Source: an uncultured Bacilli bacterium (GTDB lineage Bacteria > Bacillota_I > Bacilli_A > RF39 > UBA660). Taken from it: 64,000 nucleotides of DNA. Location: positions 1,721 through 65,720 of the forward strand of contig CAKOLH010000003.1 in NCBI GenBank assembly GCA_934096105.1. The letters are read 5' to 3'. A program made the position numbers and the translations under genes. Below are positions 45,647 through 56,084 of the stretch, in pieces (the first letter of the stretch is position 1; every line of letters begins with the position of its first letter). The notes under the pieces are model-generated. The model was not told the DNA's origin. It ran no database searches and saw only the letters and a list, made by a program, of their open reading frames with translations.

Positions 45647-46615
45647 ATGAAAAAAATATTACTTATCATATTTTCAATTACTATAATTATTGAGATAGTA
45701 GTATTACATCAAGATAACAAAAACCTAATCATTTCCAATAATGCTATAGAAGAAGAACTAAAACAAAATAATCTAATCGAAGATGGTAAAGTATCATTAA
45801 ATTCAGTATATAAAGAAGAGAAAGAAGCAAGAGAAAAAGTTGAAGAACTATTTTCCACTACTGCCTTCAAAGTCGAAGATATCGAAGAACTAATTACAAA
45901 AGAAGAAGATAAAAGTAAAGAACTTCAAAATAGCATATCTTCTCTTGAAGAACAAATCGTAGGTCTTGAAGGTAACATTACCACTCTTGAAGCAGAATAT
46001 AATAGATTAACCAAAGAGTACGAAGAAAAAAATTCTGCCTATATAACAGGAGTGCCCACAATCAATCAGTATCCTGACTATCCAACAGGCTGTGAATCCG
46101 TTGCTCTAACTATTCTATTAAAATATTATGGTGTATCAGTAACTCCTAATGATATTATAAATAAGTTAGAAAAAGGAAAAGCACCATATACCAAAAATGG
46201 CGTTACTTATGGAGGTAATCCTGATCTAGAATTTATCGGAGACCCAAGAACACAGAACTCTTATGGTGTCTTTGATAAACCAATTGCCAAAGTAGCGGGT
46301 ACCTATAAACCAGGAATAATAAATGCTACAGGTAGTTCTTTTGATGAAATACTAAAAATAGTAAAATCAGGTAGACCAGTACTAGCTTGGACCTCTATAG
46401 GATTATCAACTCCATATATATCAACATCTTGGATATATGAACCAACCGGAGAAACCATCTATTGGAAATCAGGAGAGCATGCCGTAGTCATAATTGGCTA
46501 TACTACTGATAAAATAATAATATCTGACCCAATTGGCGGAAAAATAAAATATCAGTCATTATCACTATTTAGAGAAAGATATAATTACTTTGGAAAGAAG
46601 GCCTTATATTACTAA
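45647..46615 (+). CDS. membrane-anchored coiled-coil protein with C39-like (YvpB-type) cysteine peptidase domain
   Basis: N-terminal TM, a coiled coil, then QYPDYPTGCESVALTILLKYYG ... GEHAVVIIGY (Cys/His pattern). Confidence 0.7.
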   Translation: MKKILLIIFSITIIIEIVVLHQDNKNLIISNNAIEEELKQNNLIEDGKVSLNSVYKEEKEAREKVEELFSTTAFKVEDIEELITKEEDKSKELQNSISSLEEQIVGLEGNITTLEAEYNRLTKEYEEKNSAYITGVPTINQYPDYPTGCESVALTILLKYYGVSVTPNDIINKLEKGKAPYTKNGVTYGGNPDLEFIGDPRTQNSYGVFDKPIAKVAGTYKPGIINATGSSFDEILKIVKSGRPVLAWTSIGLSTPYISTSWIYEPTGETIYWKSGEHAVVIIGYTTDKIIISDPIGGKIKYQSLSLFRERYNYFGKKALYY

Positions 46616-46935
46616 TGAAAAAGAAAAATAAAACTAATAAAATATTCAAAATAGTAGGAACTATCTCTTTTATAGGAGTATTCACTATCCTAATAATTAC
46701 ACTATATAATAACATAACTCTAAATAATAAAAATAAAGAGTTAGATAAATATCTAACAGAGTACAAAGAATTAAAAAAAGAAATAGATAACCTAAATAAT
46801 TTAAAAGAAAGTTATGATATAGCCAAACTAAATAACGAAAATCTAAATAGTCAAAAAGAAGAATTAGAGTCAGAATTAAACCAGTTAAATAATAAGATAA
46901 GTAATTTAAATAAGAAGATAGATAAACTAAAGTAG
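46615..46935 (+). CDS. single-TM coiled-coil protein
   Basis: 106 aa with a TM followed by heptad-rich LN/KE sequence; start overlaps the upstream stop. Confidence 0.55.
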   Translation: MKKKNKTNKIFKIVGTISFIGVFTILIITLYNNITLNNKNKELDKYLTEYKELKKEIDNLNNLKESYDIAKLNNENLNSQKEELESELNQLNNKISNLNKKIDKLK

Positions 46936-46978
46936 TCTCTCTTCTCTTTTTATAGCATATATTATAGTGGAGGTACTT

Positions 46979-47536
46979 ATGGATTATAATATTTTAGTAA
47001 ATAAAGATAATCCCCTGCCAAGAGCACATATACCAAGTACTTTAGTAGAAGCTAGTAGTAGTTATAAAGATGGCATATTAATAGATAGAGAAACAAAGAA
47101 TGCTTTTGATAGAATGAAACAAGATGCTTTAAGATATGGATACCACATAGATATAGAAAGTGGATATCGTGATTATGATTATCAAGAAAAAATATATAAT
47201 AAATTACTTGAAGAAAAAGGATTTACTTATGCTATCACAAGAATAGCAGAACCAGGTAAATCAGAACATCAAACAGGATTAGCCATAGATTTTTGTATAT
47301 ATAAAGATGAAAAGTGTTACATAGAACATGAAATAGAAGAATTATTAGAAACTAAATGGGTTCATCAAAATTGTTATAGATATGGATTTATATTAAGATA
47401 TCCTGAAGGAAAAGAAGATATAACAAAATATAGTTATGAACCATGGCATATAAGATATGTAGGAAATATAGCTAGTTATATTTATAATAATAATTTAACA
47501 CTAGAGGAATATAAAGAAAGAGAGTCTAAAAAATAG
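46979..47536 (+). CDS. D-alanyl-D-alanine carboxypeptidase, M15B/VanY family
   Basis: SGYRDYDYQ, SEHQTGLAIDF and EPWHIRYVG zinc-peptidase motifs. I prefer the ATG at 46979 after SD ggaggt. Confidence 0.85.
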   Translation: MDYNILVNKDNPLPRAHIPSTLVEASSSYKDGILIDRETKNAFDRMKQDALRYGYHIDIESGYRDYDYQEKIYNKLLEEKGFTYAITRIAEPGKSEHQTGLAIDFCIYKDEKCYIEHEIEELLETKWVHQNCYRYGFILRYPEGKEDITKYSYEPWHIRYVGNIASYIYNNNLTLEEYKERESKK

Positions 47537-47576
47537 ATTCTCTTTCAGTTTCGTCTCACACTAAAGTAGTTCGCCG

Positions 47577-47631
47577 TTTTCTAATGCCTAAGGTCATTAG
47601 AAAATATTTTTGAGCCTATAGTCTCAAAAAT
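47577..47631. repeat. palindromic units E1+E2
   Basis: ttttctaatg|cctaaggt|cattagaaaa ; atttttgag|cctatagt|ctcaaaaat. E1 is clearly homologous to unit A. Confidence 0.88.
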
Positions 47632-47673
47632 AATAATTTATAAAATAATTGCCAAAATAAAAGTATATAATTA

Positions 47674-47758
47674 CTGACTTATATATAATAGATACCACTG
47701 GTATATTGTTGTTAGACTATAGGCTAACAACAACACTTCAAGACCTAGACTTGAAGTG
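47674..47758. repeat. 21-nt leader plus palindromic units F1+F2 (same orientation as D)
   Basis: Leader ctgacttatatataatagata (20/21 identical to the D leader), then ttgttgttag|actatagg|ctaacaacaa and cacttcaag|acctaga|cttgaagtg. Confidence 0.85.
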
Positions 47759-47780
47759 ATAAAAAGAATATAAAAATATA

Positions 47781-47837
47781 TTGACATAATATACTAATAG
47801 TGATATTATTTAAATATATGAATATATATTCATATAT
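47781..47837 (+). promoter_or_regulatory. cad operon promoter and ArsR/SmtB-type operator
   Basis: TTGACA (47781-86), 17 nt, tgaTATTAT (47801-09), followed by a perfect 24-bp palindrome atatatgaatat|atattcatatat (47814-47837) containing TGAA-N6-TTCA. Confidence 0.7.
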
Positions 47838-47848
47838 AAGGAGGAAAT

Positions 47849-48175
47849 ATGTTAGATATAAAAGAAATAAATAGTATAAAAAACAAACTACTTGAAGAAG
47901 ATACTATTATAGATATAGCAGAACTATTCAAAGTATTCGCAGATTCAACTAGAGTAAAAATAATAAATGTCTTATTAGAAAATAAACTTTGTGTAGGAGA
48001 TATAGTCACTCTTGTCGGAGGTACACAGTCAGCAATTTCTCACCAGCTTAGAATACTAAAGTCCGCTAAACTAGTAAAATATACCAAAATAGGTAAAACA
48101 GTATATTACGAATTAAGTGATGACCATGTAAAAAAACTATTTAGTGTAGGAAAGGAACATATCAATGAAATATAA
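47849..48175 (+). CDS. cadC: ArsR/SmtB-family metalloregulator (CadC-like)
   Basis: 108 aa; winged HTH with LCVGDI..TQSAISHQLRILK; overlaps the ATPase gene start. Confidence 0.8.
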   Translation: MLDIKEINSIKNKLLEEDTIIDIAELFKVFADSTRVKIINVLLENKLCVGDIVTLVGGTQSAISHQLRILKSAKLVKYTKIGKTVYYELSDDHVKKLFSVGKEHINEI

Positions 48176-50201
48176 ATATAATATCAAAAATCTAGATTGT
48201 GCCAACTGTGCAAAGAAAATAGAAGAAAAACTAAATAAAGACAAAAACATCAAAAAAGCTATAGTAAATTTTAGTACATCAACAGTATCTGTGGAAACAG
48301 ACTTAGAAAAACCATTTGAATATGTTAAACAAATAATTAGTGAAGTAGAACCAGATGTCATACTAAGTGAAGAAAAATTAAAAGAAAATAACTATAAAAT
48401 ATTTTATCAAATCCTAGTAGGAGGTATATTAGGATTAATAGGCTGTATAACAAAATTACCATATCATTTAAATCTAATTCTAATTATAATAAGCTATATA
48501 GTATTAGTATATAGTACCTTTATAACCGCTATTAAACAGTTATCAAAAAAAGTAATTAATGAAAACCTATTAATAGTAATATCAACAATAGGAGCCTTCG
48601 TATTAGGAGAGTTACATGAAGGACTAATGGTAATATTTCTATATGAACTAGGAAAAGCCCTAGAAAAATTAGCCATTAATAGAAGTAGAAAATCAGTATC
48701 AGAACTAATGAATATAAAAGAAGAAAACTCTAATTTAAAAGAAGAAGATACCATAAAAGTAGTACCAACAGAAACCATAAAAGTAGGCGATATAATTGTC
48801 GTAAAAGAAGGCGAAAAAGTACCACTAGATGGAATAATAATAGAAGGAAATGCCATGCTAGATACTAGTGCCCTAACAGGAGAATCAGAATTATTAAATA
48901 CTACCATAGGTAGTGAAGTATTATCCGGAAGTATCAACAAAAGTGGTTTAATAGAAGTAAAAGTAACTTCCATATACAAAAACTCAACAGTAAGTAAAAT
49001 ATTATCACTAGTAGAAACCGCAACTGAAAGAAAAACCAAAACCGAAACAGTAGTATCAAAGTATGCCCCAGTATATACCCTAAGTGTATTAATCATAGCC
49101 ATTCTAGTAGGAGCCCTTTTACCACTAATAACAAACTTAACATATACCGAAAGTATTTATAAAGCCTTAACCATAATAGTAGTATCATGCCCCTGTGCTG
49201 TTGCCATATCCGTACCACTAGCATACTTCTCAGGAATAGGAGCTTCTTCTAAAGAAGGAATACTAATAAAAGGAAGTAATTACTTAGATAGTATAAAAAA
49301 TATCCAAAAAGTAGTATTTGATAAAACAGGAACCATAACAACAGGAGAGTTTTATGTATCAAAAATAAACATTTATGATAAAAAATATACCAAAGATAAA
49401 GTGTTAGAATTATGTGCTAAAGGAGAAAGTCTATCTAACCATCCTATCGCCGCATCAATAATTAAAGAGTATGGTAAAAAAGTATCAACCGAAGATATCA
49501 AAGAACATAGAGAATACCAAGGTAGAGGTATAACCTATAAATATAAAGATCAAAATATCAAAATAGGAAATTCCAAGTTCTGTAATCAAAAAGAAACCAA
49601 AAATATCTATCTAATGATTAATGATAAGTTAGTTGCTGAATTAGAAATAAAAGACGAAATAAAAGAAAGCGCTAAAGAAACAATCAAAGTACTTAAAGAT
49701 ATGAATATAGAAACCTATATGTTTACTGGCGATAATAAAGAAAAAGCCATAGAAATAGCTAAAAAAATAGGAATAAAAAATGTCTTTTATGAAATGCTTC
49801 CTAGTGATAAATATCAAAAACTAGAAGAATTAATAAATACTAAGAAAGAAAAAGAATTAGTATCATTTGTAGGAGATGGCATAAATGATGCCCCAGTACT
49901 AGCCTTATCAGATATAGGAATATCAATGGGTAGTCTAGGTAGTGATTCCGCTATCGAAGCCTCAGATGTAGTAATAATGAATGATAACTTATCAAAAATA
50001 ATAACCGCTATAAAAATATCACAAAAAACAAATAAAATAATCAAAGAAAATCTAATATTTGCCATTACCATAAAACTATTAGTATTAATATTAACCATAC
50101 TAGGATTATCCACCATGTGGGAAGCAGTATTCGCAGATGTTGGAGTAACAGTACTATGTATTCTAAATACATTAAGACTATTAAAGAATAACCAGTTGTA
50201 A
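48165..50201 (+). CDS. cadA: heavy-metal (Cd/Zn/Co-type) translocating P1B-type ATPase
   Basis: N-terminal HMA with CANC, TM CPC motif, DKTGTIT and GDGINDAP. Confidence 0.9.
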   Translation: MKYKYNIKNLDCANCAKKIEEKLNKDKNIKKAIVNFSTSTVSVETDLEKPFEYVKQIISEVEPDVILSEEKLKENNYKIFYQILVGGILGLIGCITKLPYHLNLILIIISYIVLVYSTFITAIKQLSKKVINENLLIVISTIGAFVLGELHEGLMVIFLYELGKALEKLAINRSRKSVSELMNIKEENSNLKEEDTIKVVPTETIKVGDIIVVKEGEKVPLDGIIIEGNAMLDTSALTGESELLNTTIGSEVLSGSINKSGLIEVKVTSIYKNSTVSKILSLVETATERKTKTETVVSKYAPVYTLSVLIIAILVGALLPLITNLTYTESIYKALTIIVVSCPCAVAISVPLAYFSGIGASSKEGILIKGSNYLDSIKNIQKVVFDKTGTITTGEFYVSKINIYDKKYTKDKVLELCAKGESLSNHPIAASIIKEYGKKVSTEDIKEHREYQGRGITYKYKDQNIKIGNSKFCNQKETKNIYLMINDKLVAELEIKDEIKESAKETIKVLKDMNIETYMFTGDNKEKAIEIAKKIGIKNVFYEMLPSDKYQKLEELINTKKEKELVSFVGDGINDAPVLALSDIGISMGSLGSDSAIEASDVVIMNDNLSKIITAIKISQKTNKIIKENLIFAITIKLLVLILTILGLSTMWEAVFADVGVTVLCILNTLRLLKNNQL

Positions 50202-50247
50202 TAAATAAAAAAATAATATATAATTATCTTATAAATAGGAGGAACAA

Positions 50248-50790
50248 ATGGATATAGTAATTGGAATAATATTTATATCACTAATTGGAACACTACTACA
50301 TTTTATGTATGAATGGTCAGGTCATAATAAAGTAGTATCCCTTTTTGCAGCAGTCAATGAAAGCACTTGGGAACATATCAAAATAGCCTTAACACCAACC
50401 TTTATATGGACATTATATGATGGAGCAGTATATGGATTAAATCAAAATTATTTCATAGCCAAAACAGCCAGTTTATTAGTAATAATATTATTAATACCAC
50501 TATTATTTTATACATATCAAATATTTACTAAAAAATCAGTATTATGGATAGATATCATCATCTTTTATTTAGCCATCATATCTAGTACATTAACATTTAA
50601 ATACCTAATAAATATAACAACCCTACCATTTTATCTAACATATATATCAGTAATAGTATTATTCATAATATTTGGATTCTACATGGTATTAACACTATTA
50701 CCAATAAAAAATTTCTTATTCAAAGACCCAATAACCAATAAGTATGGTATAAAAGGACATTCCCATCATGAACATAAAGAAGAAAAATAA
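50248..50790 (+). CDS. hypothetical polytopic membrane protein with His-rich C-terminus
   Basis: 180 aa with about 5 TM segments, ending in GHSHHEHKEEK; lies directly after cadA. Confidence 0.55.
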   Translation: MDIVIGIIFISLIGTLLHFMYEWSGHNKVVSLFAAVNESTWEHIKIALTPTFIWTLYDGAVYGLNQNYFIAKTASLLVIILLIPLLFYTYQIFTKKSVLWIDIIIFYLAIISSTLTFKYLINITTLPFYLTYISVIVLFIIFGFYMVLTLLPIKNFLFKDPITNKYGIKGHSHHEHKEEK

Positions 50791-50847
50791 TAAAAATGTG
50801 TTTTAATAACATATTTTTTTTGTTATAATAATAATGGAAAGTTAGAA

Positions 50848-51879
50848 GTGAAAAAAATGAGAAATATATATGATGTAACATTACAAGAATTAGAAGATTA
50901 TTTTATAAGTATAAATGAAAAGCCCTTTAGAGCGGCTCAAGTATATGAAGGATTATATAAAAAAAGATATACTTCATTTGATGAAATGACTAATATTAGT
51001 AAAGAATTAAGAGAAAAACTAAAACAAGATTTCTCTTTCTATAAGATAAAACTGTTAATAAAACAAGAAAGTAAAGAAGTAAACAAATATTTATTTGAAC
51101 TAGAAGATAAGAATAGAATAGAGTCAGTACTAATGTTTCATGATTATGGAATAAGTATTTGTGTATCATCACAAGTAGGCTGCAATATGTCATGTGCCTT
51201 TTGCGAAAGTGGCAGATTAAAGAAAGTAAGAGACCTACTTGCCTATGAAATAGTAGAGCAGATTCTACTTATTGAAGAAGACATTAAAACTAGAATATCT
51301 CATGTAGTAGTTATGGGTATTGGTGAACCATTTGATAATTATGATAATGTTATGCGTTTTGTTAAAATAATTAACTGTGGTAAAGGAATAGATATCGGTT
51401 CAAGACATATAACTATATCAACATGTGGAGTAGTACCAGGAATCAAAAAATTTATGAAAGAAGAAGGACAGGTAAATCTAGCCATAAGCTTGCATGCTCC
51501 AAATGATGAACTAAGAAATAAGATAATGAAAATAAACAAAGCCTATCCAATAAAAGAATTAATGGATACCATAAAAGAATATATAAAACTTACTAATAGA
51601 AGAGTAACTTTTGAATATATTATGTTAGAGGACATAAACGATAGTGAAAAAGAAGCAAAAGAATTAGTTTCACTTCTTAAAGGAATAAACTGCTACGTAA
51701 ATTTAATACCATATAATGAAACAGAAAATATTGGCTTCAAAAGAACAAAAAAGTGGAAAATTTTACAGTTTTATGATATACTTAAATCAAATAATATAAA
51801 TGTAACAATAAGAAAAGAATTTGGCGGAAATGTAGATGCTGCCTGTGGACAGCTAAGAGCCAAAGCAAAAGAGGAGTGA
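50848..51879 (+). CDS. rlmN: 23S rRNA/tRNA A2503-C2 methyltransferase RlmN (radical SAM)
   Basis: CNMSCAFCESG radical-SAM cluster motif, a C-terminal CGQL and synteny with prpC-prkC. Confidence 0.93.
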   Translation: MKKMRNIYDVTLQELEDYFISINEKPFRAAQVYEGLYKKRYTSFDEMTNISKELREKLKQDFSFYKIKLLIKQESKEVNKYLFELEDKNRIESVLMFHDYGISICVSSQVGCNMSCAFCESGRLKKVRDLLAYEIVEQILLIEEDIKTRISHVVVMGIGEPFDNYDNVMRFVKIINCGKGIDIGSRHITISTCGVVPGIKKFMKEEGQVNLAISLHAPNDELRNKIMKINKAYPIKELMDTIKEYIKLTNRRVTFEYIMLEDINDSEKEAKELVSLLKGINCYVNLIPYNETENIGFKRTKKWKILQFYDILKSNNINVTIRKEFGGNVDAACGQLRAKAKEE

Positions 51880-51883
51880 AGTT

Positions 51884-52624
51884 ATGCAGACATTTTATAT
51901 GACAGATGCAGGAAAAGTAAGAACACATAATGAAGATAATGTAATAATATTAAATAATAATAACAATGAATTCATTCTTGCCGTAGCGGACGGAATGGGT
52001 GGACATAAAGCTGGAGAAGTAGCCTCTAATATAGCAATAGAACATGTTAGAGATAGTTTTGAAGAACTAGAAACACTAGGAAAAAAAGAAGATGCTATCG
52101 ACTACTTAAGAAGAATAGTAAAAGAAATAAATGAAAAAATATTTTCTTATACAAAAAATCATCCCGAGAGCAAAGGCATGGGAACAACCCTAGTAATAGC
52201 TATCAAAACAAATGATTACATACTATATGGAAATATTGGTGATTCATCAGGATATGTAATGAAAAATGGATTATTACATAAAATAACAAAGGATCATACC
52301 TTGGTAAATTTACTTGTATCAACAGGAGAATTAACTCCAGAACAAGCTAAATTTCATCCAAGAAAAAACCTATTAACTAGAGCTCTTGGAGCAAATGATC
52401 CAATCGAAATAGATATTTTTGATGTAGACACTAACGTATCAGGATTATTCCTATGTAGTGATGGCCTAACAAATATGGTCGCAGATGATCAAATAGAAAA
52501 AGTATTAAATAATAAAAGTTCAATAGAGGAACAAGTAGAAAAACTAATTAAAAAGAGTAATATGCGCGGTGGTACAGATAATATATCAATTGCTTATCTA
52601 AAAAAGGAAAGTGGTGATTTATAA
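51884..52624 (+). CDS. prpC: PP2C-family Ser/Thr phosphatase
   Basis: ADGMGGH, GTTL, SDGL and DNIS motifs. Confidence 0.92.
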   Translation: MQTFYMTDAGKVRTHNEDNVIILNNNNNEFILAVADGMGGHKAGEVASNIAIEHVRDSFEELETLGKKEDAIDYLRRIVKEINEKIFSYTKNHPESKGMGTTLVIAIKTNDYILYGNIGDSSGYVMKNGLLHKITKDHTLVNLLVSTGELTPEQAKFHPRKNLLTRALGANDPIEIDIFDVDTNVSGLFLCSDGLTNMVADDQIEKVLNNKSSIEEQVEKLIKKSNMRGGTDNISIAYLKKESGDL

Positions 52625-54399
52625 TGCTATCAAAAGGTCAAAAGATTAATGATAGATATGAAATTATTAAAACAATTGGCGAAGGTGGTATGGCTAATGT
52701 CTATTTAGCAAATGATACAATTCTAGATAGAAAAGTTGCAATAAAAGTATTACGTGGAGATCTTTCAAATGATGAAAAGTTCATTCGTCGTTTCAAAAGA
52801 GAAGCTCTATCAGTATCAAATTTATCACATCCAAATATTGTTGAAGTATACGATGTCGGTGAAGAAGATGGAAACTACTACATCGTAATGGAATATATTG
52901 AAGGAAAAACATTAAAACAATTACTTCAAAAAAGAGGAGCACTTACTCTAAATGAAGTAATAGATATAATGACACAGTTAACAGATGGTTTAGCTCATGC
53001 TCATGAAGCCTATATAATTCATAGAGATATTAAACCACAAAATATAATGATTGAGGACAATGGACTAGTAAAAATAACTGACTTTGGTATAGCTATGGCT
53101 CTAAATTCAACTCAGTTAACCCAAACAAATTCAGTAATGGGTTCAGTTCATTATCTTCCTCCAGAGCAGGCTAATGGAAAAGGTTCTACAGTAAAAAGTG
53201 ATATTTATTCTCTAGGAATATTAATGTATGAACTATTAACAGGTTCAGTACCATTTAAAGGAGATACTGCTGTAGAAATAGCCTTAAAACATATGAAAGA
53301 AAAAATACCAAGTATTAGAAAACAAAATCCAACAATACCACAATCTGTTGAAAACATCGTATTAAAAGCAACTGCTAAAAATCCAAAGAACAGATATGAT
53401 AATGTTAGAGATATGTATAAAGACTTGCAGACAGCCCTTCAAAGAGATAATGAAAAGAGATTAGTATATGAATATCCAGAAAACGATCTTGAAGAGACAA
53501 AGGTTATACCGCAAGTTACTAAAGAAGTAAAACAAGTGATAGATAAACCAACAGCTAAAGAAGAAGACACCGAAGATGATTCAGTACTAAAAGAAAAGGA
53601 TGAAAAAAATAAATTACCAATCATTCTCGCAGTAGTTCTTTTAGGAACATTAATTGTACTCGCAGGTGTATACTTACTAATAACAAGTAAAGATGTAAAA
53701 GAAGTAAAAGTGCCAAATGTAGTAGGATTAACCACTGAAGAAGCTATCAAAAAAATAAAAGAAAAAGGTTTAGAATATACCACAAAGAGTGAAGAAAGTA
53801 CTACTGTTGAAGAAGGAAAAGTAATAAGAACAGAACCAAAAGCCGGTTCTACTAGAACTAAGAAGAGTACAATAACAATTGTTGAATCATCAGGTAAAGA
53901 ATATGTAGTTCTTGAAGACTATACCGGTCAAAACTATTATGAAATAAAAGGTAAATTAGAAGCTAAAGGCATCAAAGTAGAAATGAAAACCAAATCAGTA
54001 GAAAATGCTTCAGAATATAAAGATAAGAAAGATAACATAATAAGTCAAGAACCAGCCTTCAATAAAGATGAAGAGACAAAATTATATGCTAATGATAGTG
54101 TTGTATTATATATACCAGAAGTAGATGTTTATCCAGATATGGTCGCAGAAAAATGGACATTATCACAAGTAGAAGACTTTGTCAAAGAATACAATCTAAC
54201 ACTAGATAAATCATACAAAGAAACAGACGAAGTAGAAGAAGATATCGTTTTATCACAAAATAGAGCAGTAGGAGATCCAATATATGAAGGATACACATTA
54301 AAAATAACACTATCAAAGAAACCAGAAAAAAAAGATGATAAAGACAAGGATAAAAATCCAACAGATCCACTACTACCTAGTGATGAAAAGACAAATTAA
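52624..54399 (+). CDS. prkC: PASTA-domain Ser/Thr protein kinase
   Basis: Hanks kinase motifs (GEGGMANVY, HRDIKPQN, DFGIA, PPE), a TM segment and three PASTA-like repeats. Confidence 0.93.
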   Translation: MLSKGQKINDRYEIIKTIGEGGMANVYLANDTILDRKVAIKVLRGDLSNDEKFIRRFKREALSVSNLSHPNIVEVYDVGEEDGNYYIVMEYIEGKTLKQLLQKRGALTLNEVIDIMTQLTDGLAHAHEAYIIHRDIKPQNIMIEDNGLVKITDFGIAMALNSTQLTQTNSVMGSVHYLPPEQANGKGSTVKSDIYSLGILMYELLTGSVPFKGDTAVEIALKHMKEKIPSIRKQNPTIPQSVENIVLKATAKNPKNRYDNVRDMYKDLQTALQRDNEKRLVYEYPENDLEETKVIPQVTKEVKQVIDKPTAKEEDTEDDSVLKEKDEKNKLPIILAVVLLGTLIVLAGVYLLITSKDVKEVKVPNVVGLTTEEAIKKIKEKGLEYTTKSEESTTVEEGKVIRTEPKAGSTRTKKSTITIVESSGKEYVVLEDYTGQNYYEIKGKLEAKGIKVEMKTKSVENASEYKDKKDNIISQEPAFNKDEETKLYANDSVVLYIPEVDVYPDMVAEKWTLSQVEDFVKEYNLTLDKSYKETDEVEEDIVLSQNRAVGDPIYEGYTLKITLSKKPEKKDDKDKDKNPTDPLLPSDEKTN

Positions 54400-54411
54400 T
54401 AAGGAGCATAA

Positions 54412-55245
54412 ATGGAAGGAATAATAATTAAAAATCAAAGTAACGATTACACAGTAAGAACATCAAATGGTGTATATGTTTGTAAACCAAGAGGAAAGTT
54501 TAGAAATGATAAAATAACCCCTCTAGTAGGAGACTCAGTAATAATAGACGATATAAATAATTACCTACTAGAAATATTACCAAGAAAGAATTCTCTTATT
54601 AGACCTCCCATTGCCAATATAGATATCGCTTTAATCGCAGTATCAGTAAAAGAACCAAACTTTGATAGTAATTTATTAGATAAATTATTAACTATCATAT
54701 CATTTAATAATATCGAACCAGTAATATGTCTAACCAAACTAGATTTATTAACCGAAGAAGAGAGAAATGAAATAGATAAAATTATCTCTTACTATCAAAG
54801 AATTGGTTATATAGTAACTGATAATAATAGTATTAAAGAAATAAAAAAAATAATAAAAAATAAAAAAGTAGTACTCGCAGGACAGTCAGGTGCAGGTAAA
54901 TCATCTCTTCTAAATAGATTAGATAAAAACTTATCACTTGAGACAAATGAAATATCAAAAGCTCTAGGAAGAGGAAAACATACTACAAGATGTGTAACAT
55001 TATACGAAGTAGATGGTGCATTAATCGCCGATACTCCGGGTTTCTCTTCAGTAGACTTTAGAGGAATGACTAAGTTGGATATAAGAGACAATATGAAAGA
55101 AATGTTTGATGGCTTACACTATTGTAAATATAGAGATTGTATGCATATTAAAGAAGATGGTTGTTATATAAAAAAAGAACTTGAAGAGAATAAGATACTT
55201 CCTTCAAGATATGATAACTATAAATCTTTCATCGGAGGAAAATAA
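54412..55245 (+). CDS. rsgA: ribosome small-subunit biogenesis GTPase RsgA
   Basis: Circularly permuted GTPase (TKLDL, GQSGAGKSSLLN, DTPGF) and a C-terminal Zn motif C..C.H....C. Confidence 0.92.
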   Translation: MEGIIIKNQSNDYTVRTSNGVYVCKPRGKFRNDKITPLVGDSVIIDDINNYLLEILPRKNSLIRPPIANIDIALIAVSVKEPNFDSNLLDKLLTIISFNNIEPVICLTKLDLLTEEERNEIDKIISYYQRIGYIVTDNNSIKEIKKIIKNKKVVLAGQSGAGKSSLLNRLDKNLSLETNEISKALGRGKHTTRCVTLYEVDGALIADTPGFSSVDFRGMTKLDIRDNMKEMFDGLHYCKYRDCMHIKEDGCYIKKELEENKILPSRYDNYKSFIGGK

Positions 55246-55246
55246 C

Positions 55247-55873
55247 ATGAAAATATCAGTATCAATACTAAACTCAGAAGACAAAAAAGAAACAATAAAA
55301 ACGCTAAATAATACTAATATTTCATATATTCACATGGATGTAATGGATGGACAATTTGTCTCTCAAAAAACATTACCGTATCCAGAATTAAAAGAACTAT
55401 CTAGTATATCTACAAAAAAGTTAGATATTCATTTAATGATGAATAGTCCTGAAGAGTATATAGATAATATAAAAAATTTAGATAATATTGAAAATATAAC
55501 AATACATCTTGAAATAGAAAAAAATATAAAAGAAATATTATCTAAAATAAAATCATTAGGATTTAAAAGAGGCTTATCAATAAAACCCAATACTGATATA
55601 AATAAATTAGTACCATATCTAGATGATATAGATTTAATTTTAGTAATGACTGTAGAACCAGGACTTGGAGGTCAACAATTCCTAGAGTCAAGTACTAAGA
55701 GATTAAAAGACATAAAAGAACTAATAGGTACAAGAGATATTCTTCTTGAAGTAGATGGTGGCATCAATAATAATACCATAAATCTAGTAAAAGATGCCAA
55801 TATCGCCGTAGTAGGTTCTTACATAACTAAAAGTACTGATCCAGTATCTCAAATAAATAGTTTATTAGTATAA
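55247..55873 (+). CDS. rpe: ribulose-phosphate 3-epimerase
   Basis: MKISVSILN..H.DVMDG.F and VEPG.GGQ.F motifs. The ATG at 55247 follows SD ggagga. The track's 55181 start would overlap rsgA and adds non-homologous residues. Confidence 0.9.
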   Translation: MKISVSILNSEDKKETIKTLNNTNISYIHMDVMDGQFVSQKTLPYPELKELSSISTKKLDIHLMMNSPEEYIDNIKNLDNIENITIHLEIEKNIKEILSKIKSLGFKRGLSIKPNTDINKLVPYLDDIDLILVMTVEPGLGGQQFLESSTKRLKDIKELIGTRDILLEVDGGINNNTINLVKDANIAVVGSYITKSTDPVSQINSLLV

Positions 55874-55918
55874 AAATAAACTCCCTTCTTAATAATAATA
55901 AAGAAAGGAGTTTTTAAT

Positions 55919-56029
55919 ATGTCAGAAAACAAAAATATAGATAAGGAAATAATCGAAGAAGAATATATGCTAGGTAAAGAATATTATAGCAAAATATTAG
56001 AATTAGCCAGAGAAGAAAAAACAAAGTAA
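55919..56029 (+). CDS. 36-aa hydrophilic small ORF (speculative)
   Basis: Not in ORF track. MSENKNIDKEIIEEEYMLGKEYYSKILELAREEKTK. Its SD gaaaggag is the 3' arm of the rpe terminator-like hairpin. Confidence 0.25.
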   Translation: MSENKNIDKEIIEEEYMLGKEYYSKILELAREEKTK

Positions 56030-56084
56030 TTAATCTTGTCTAAATATACTATTTATGATACTATATATGTGAAAGAAGGGTATT

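Noticed and set aside
55181-55246. N-terminal extension of rpe overlapping rsgA
   Set aside because: The extension has no homology-like motifs and overlaps the rsgA 3' end. A good SD (ggagga) precedes the ATG at 55247, which gives the canonical MKISVSILN start.
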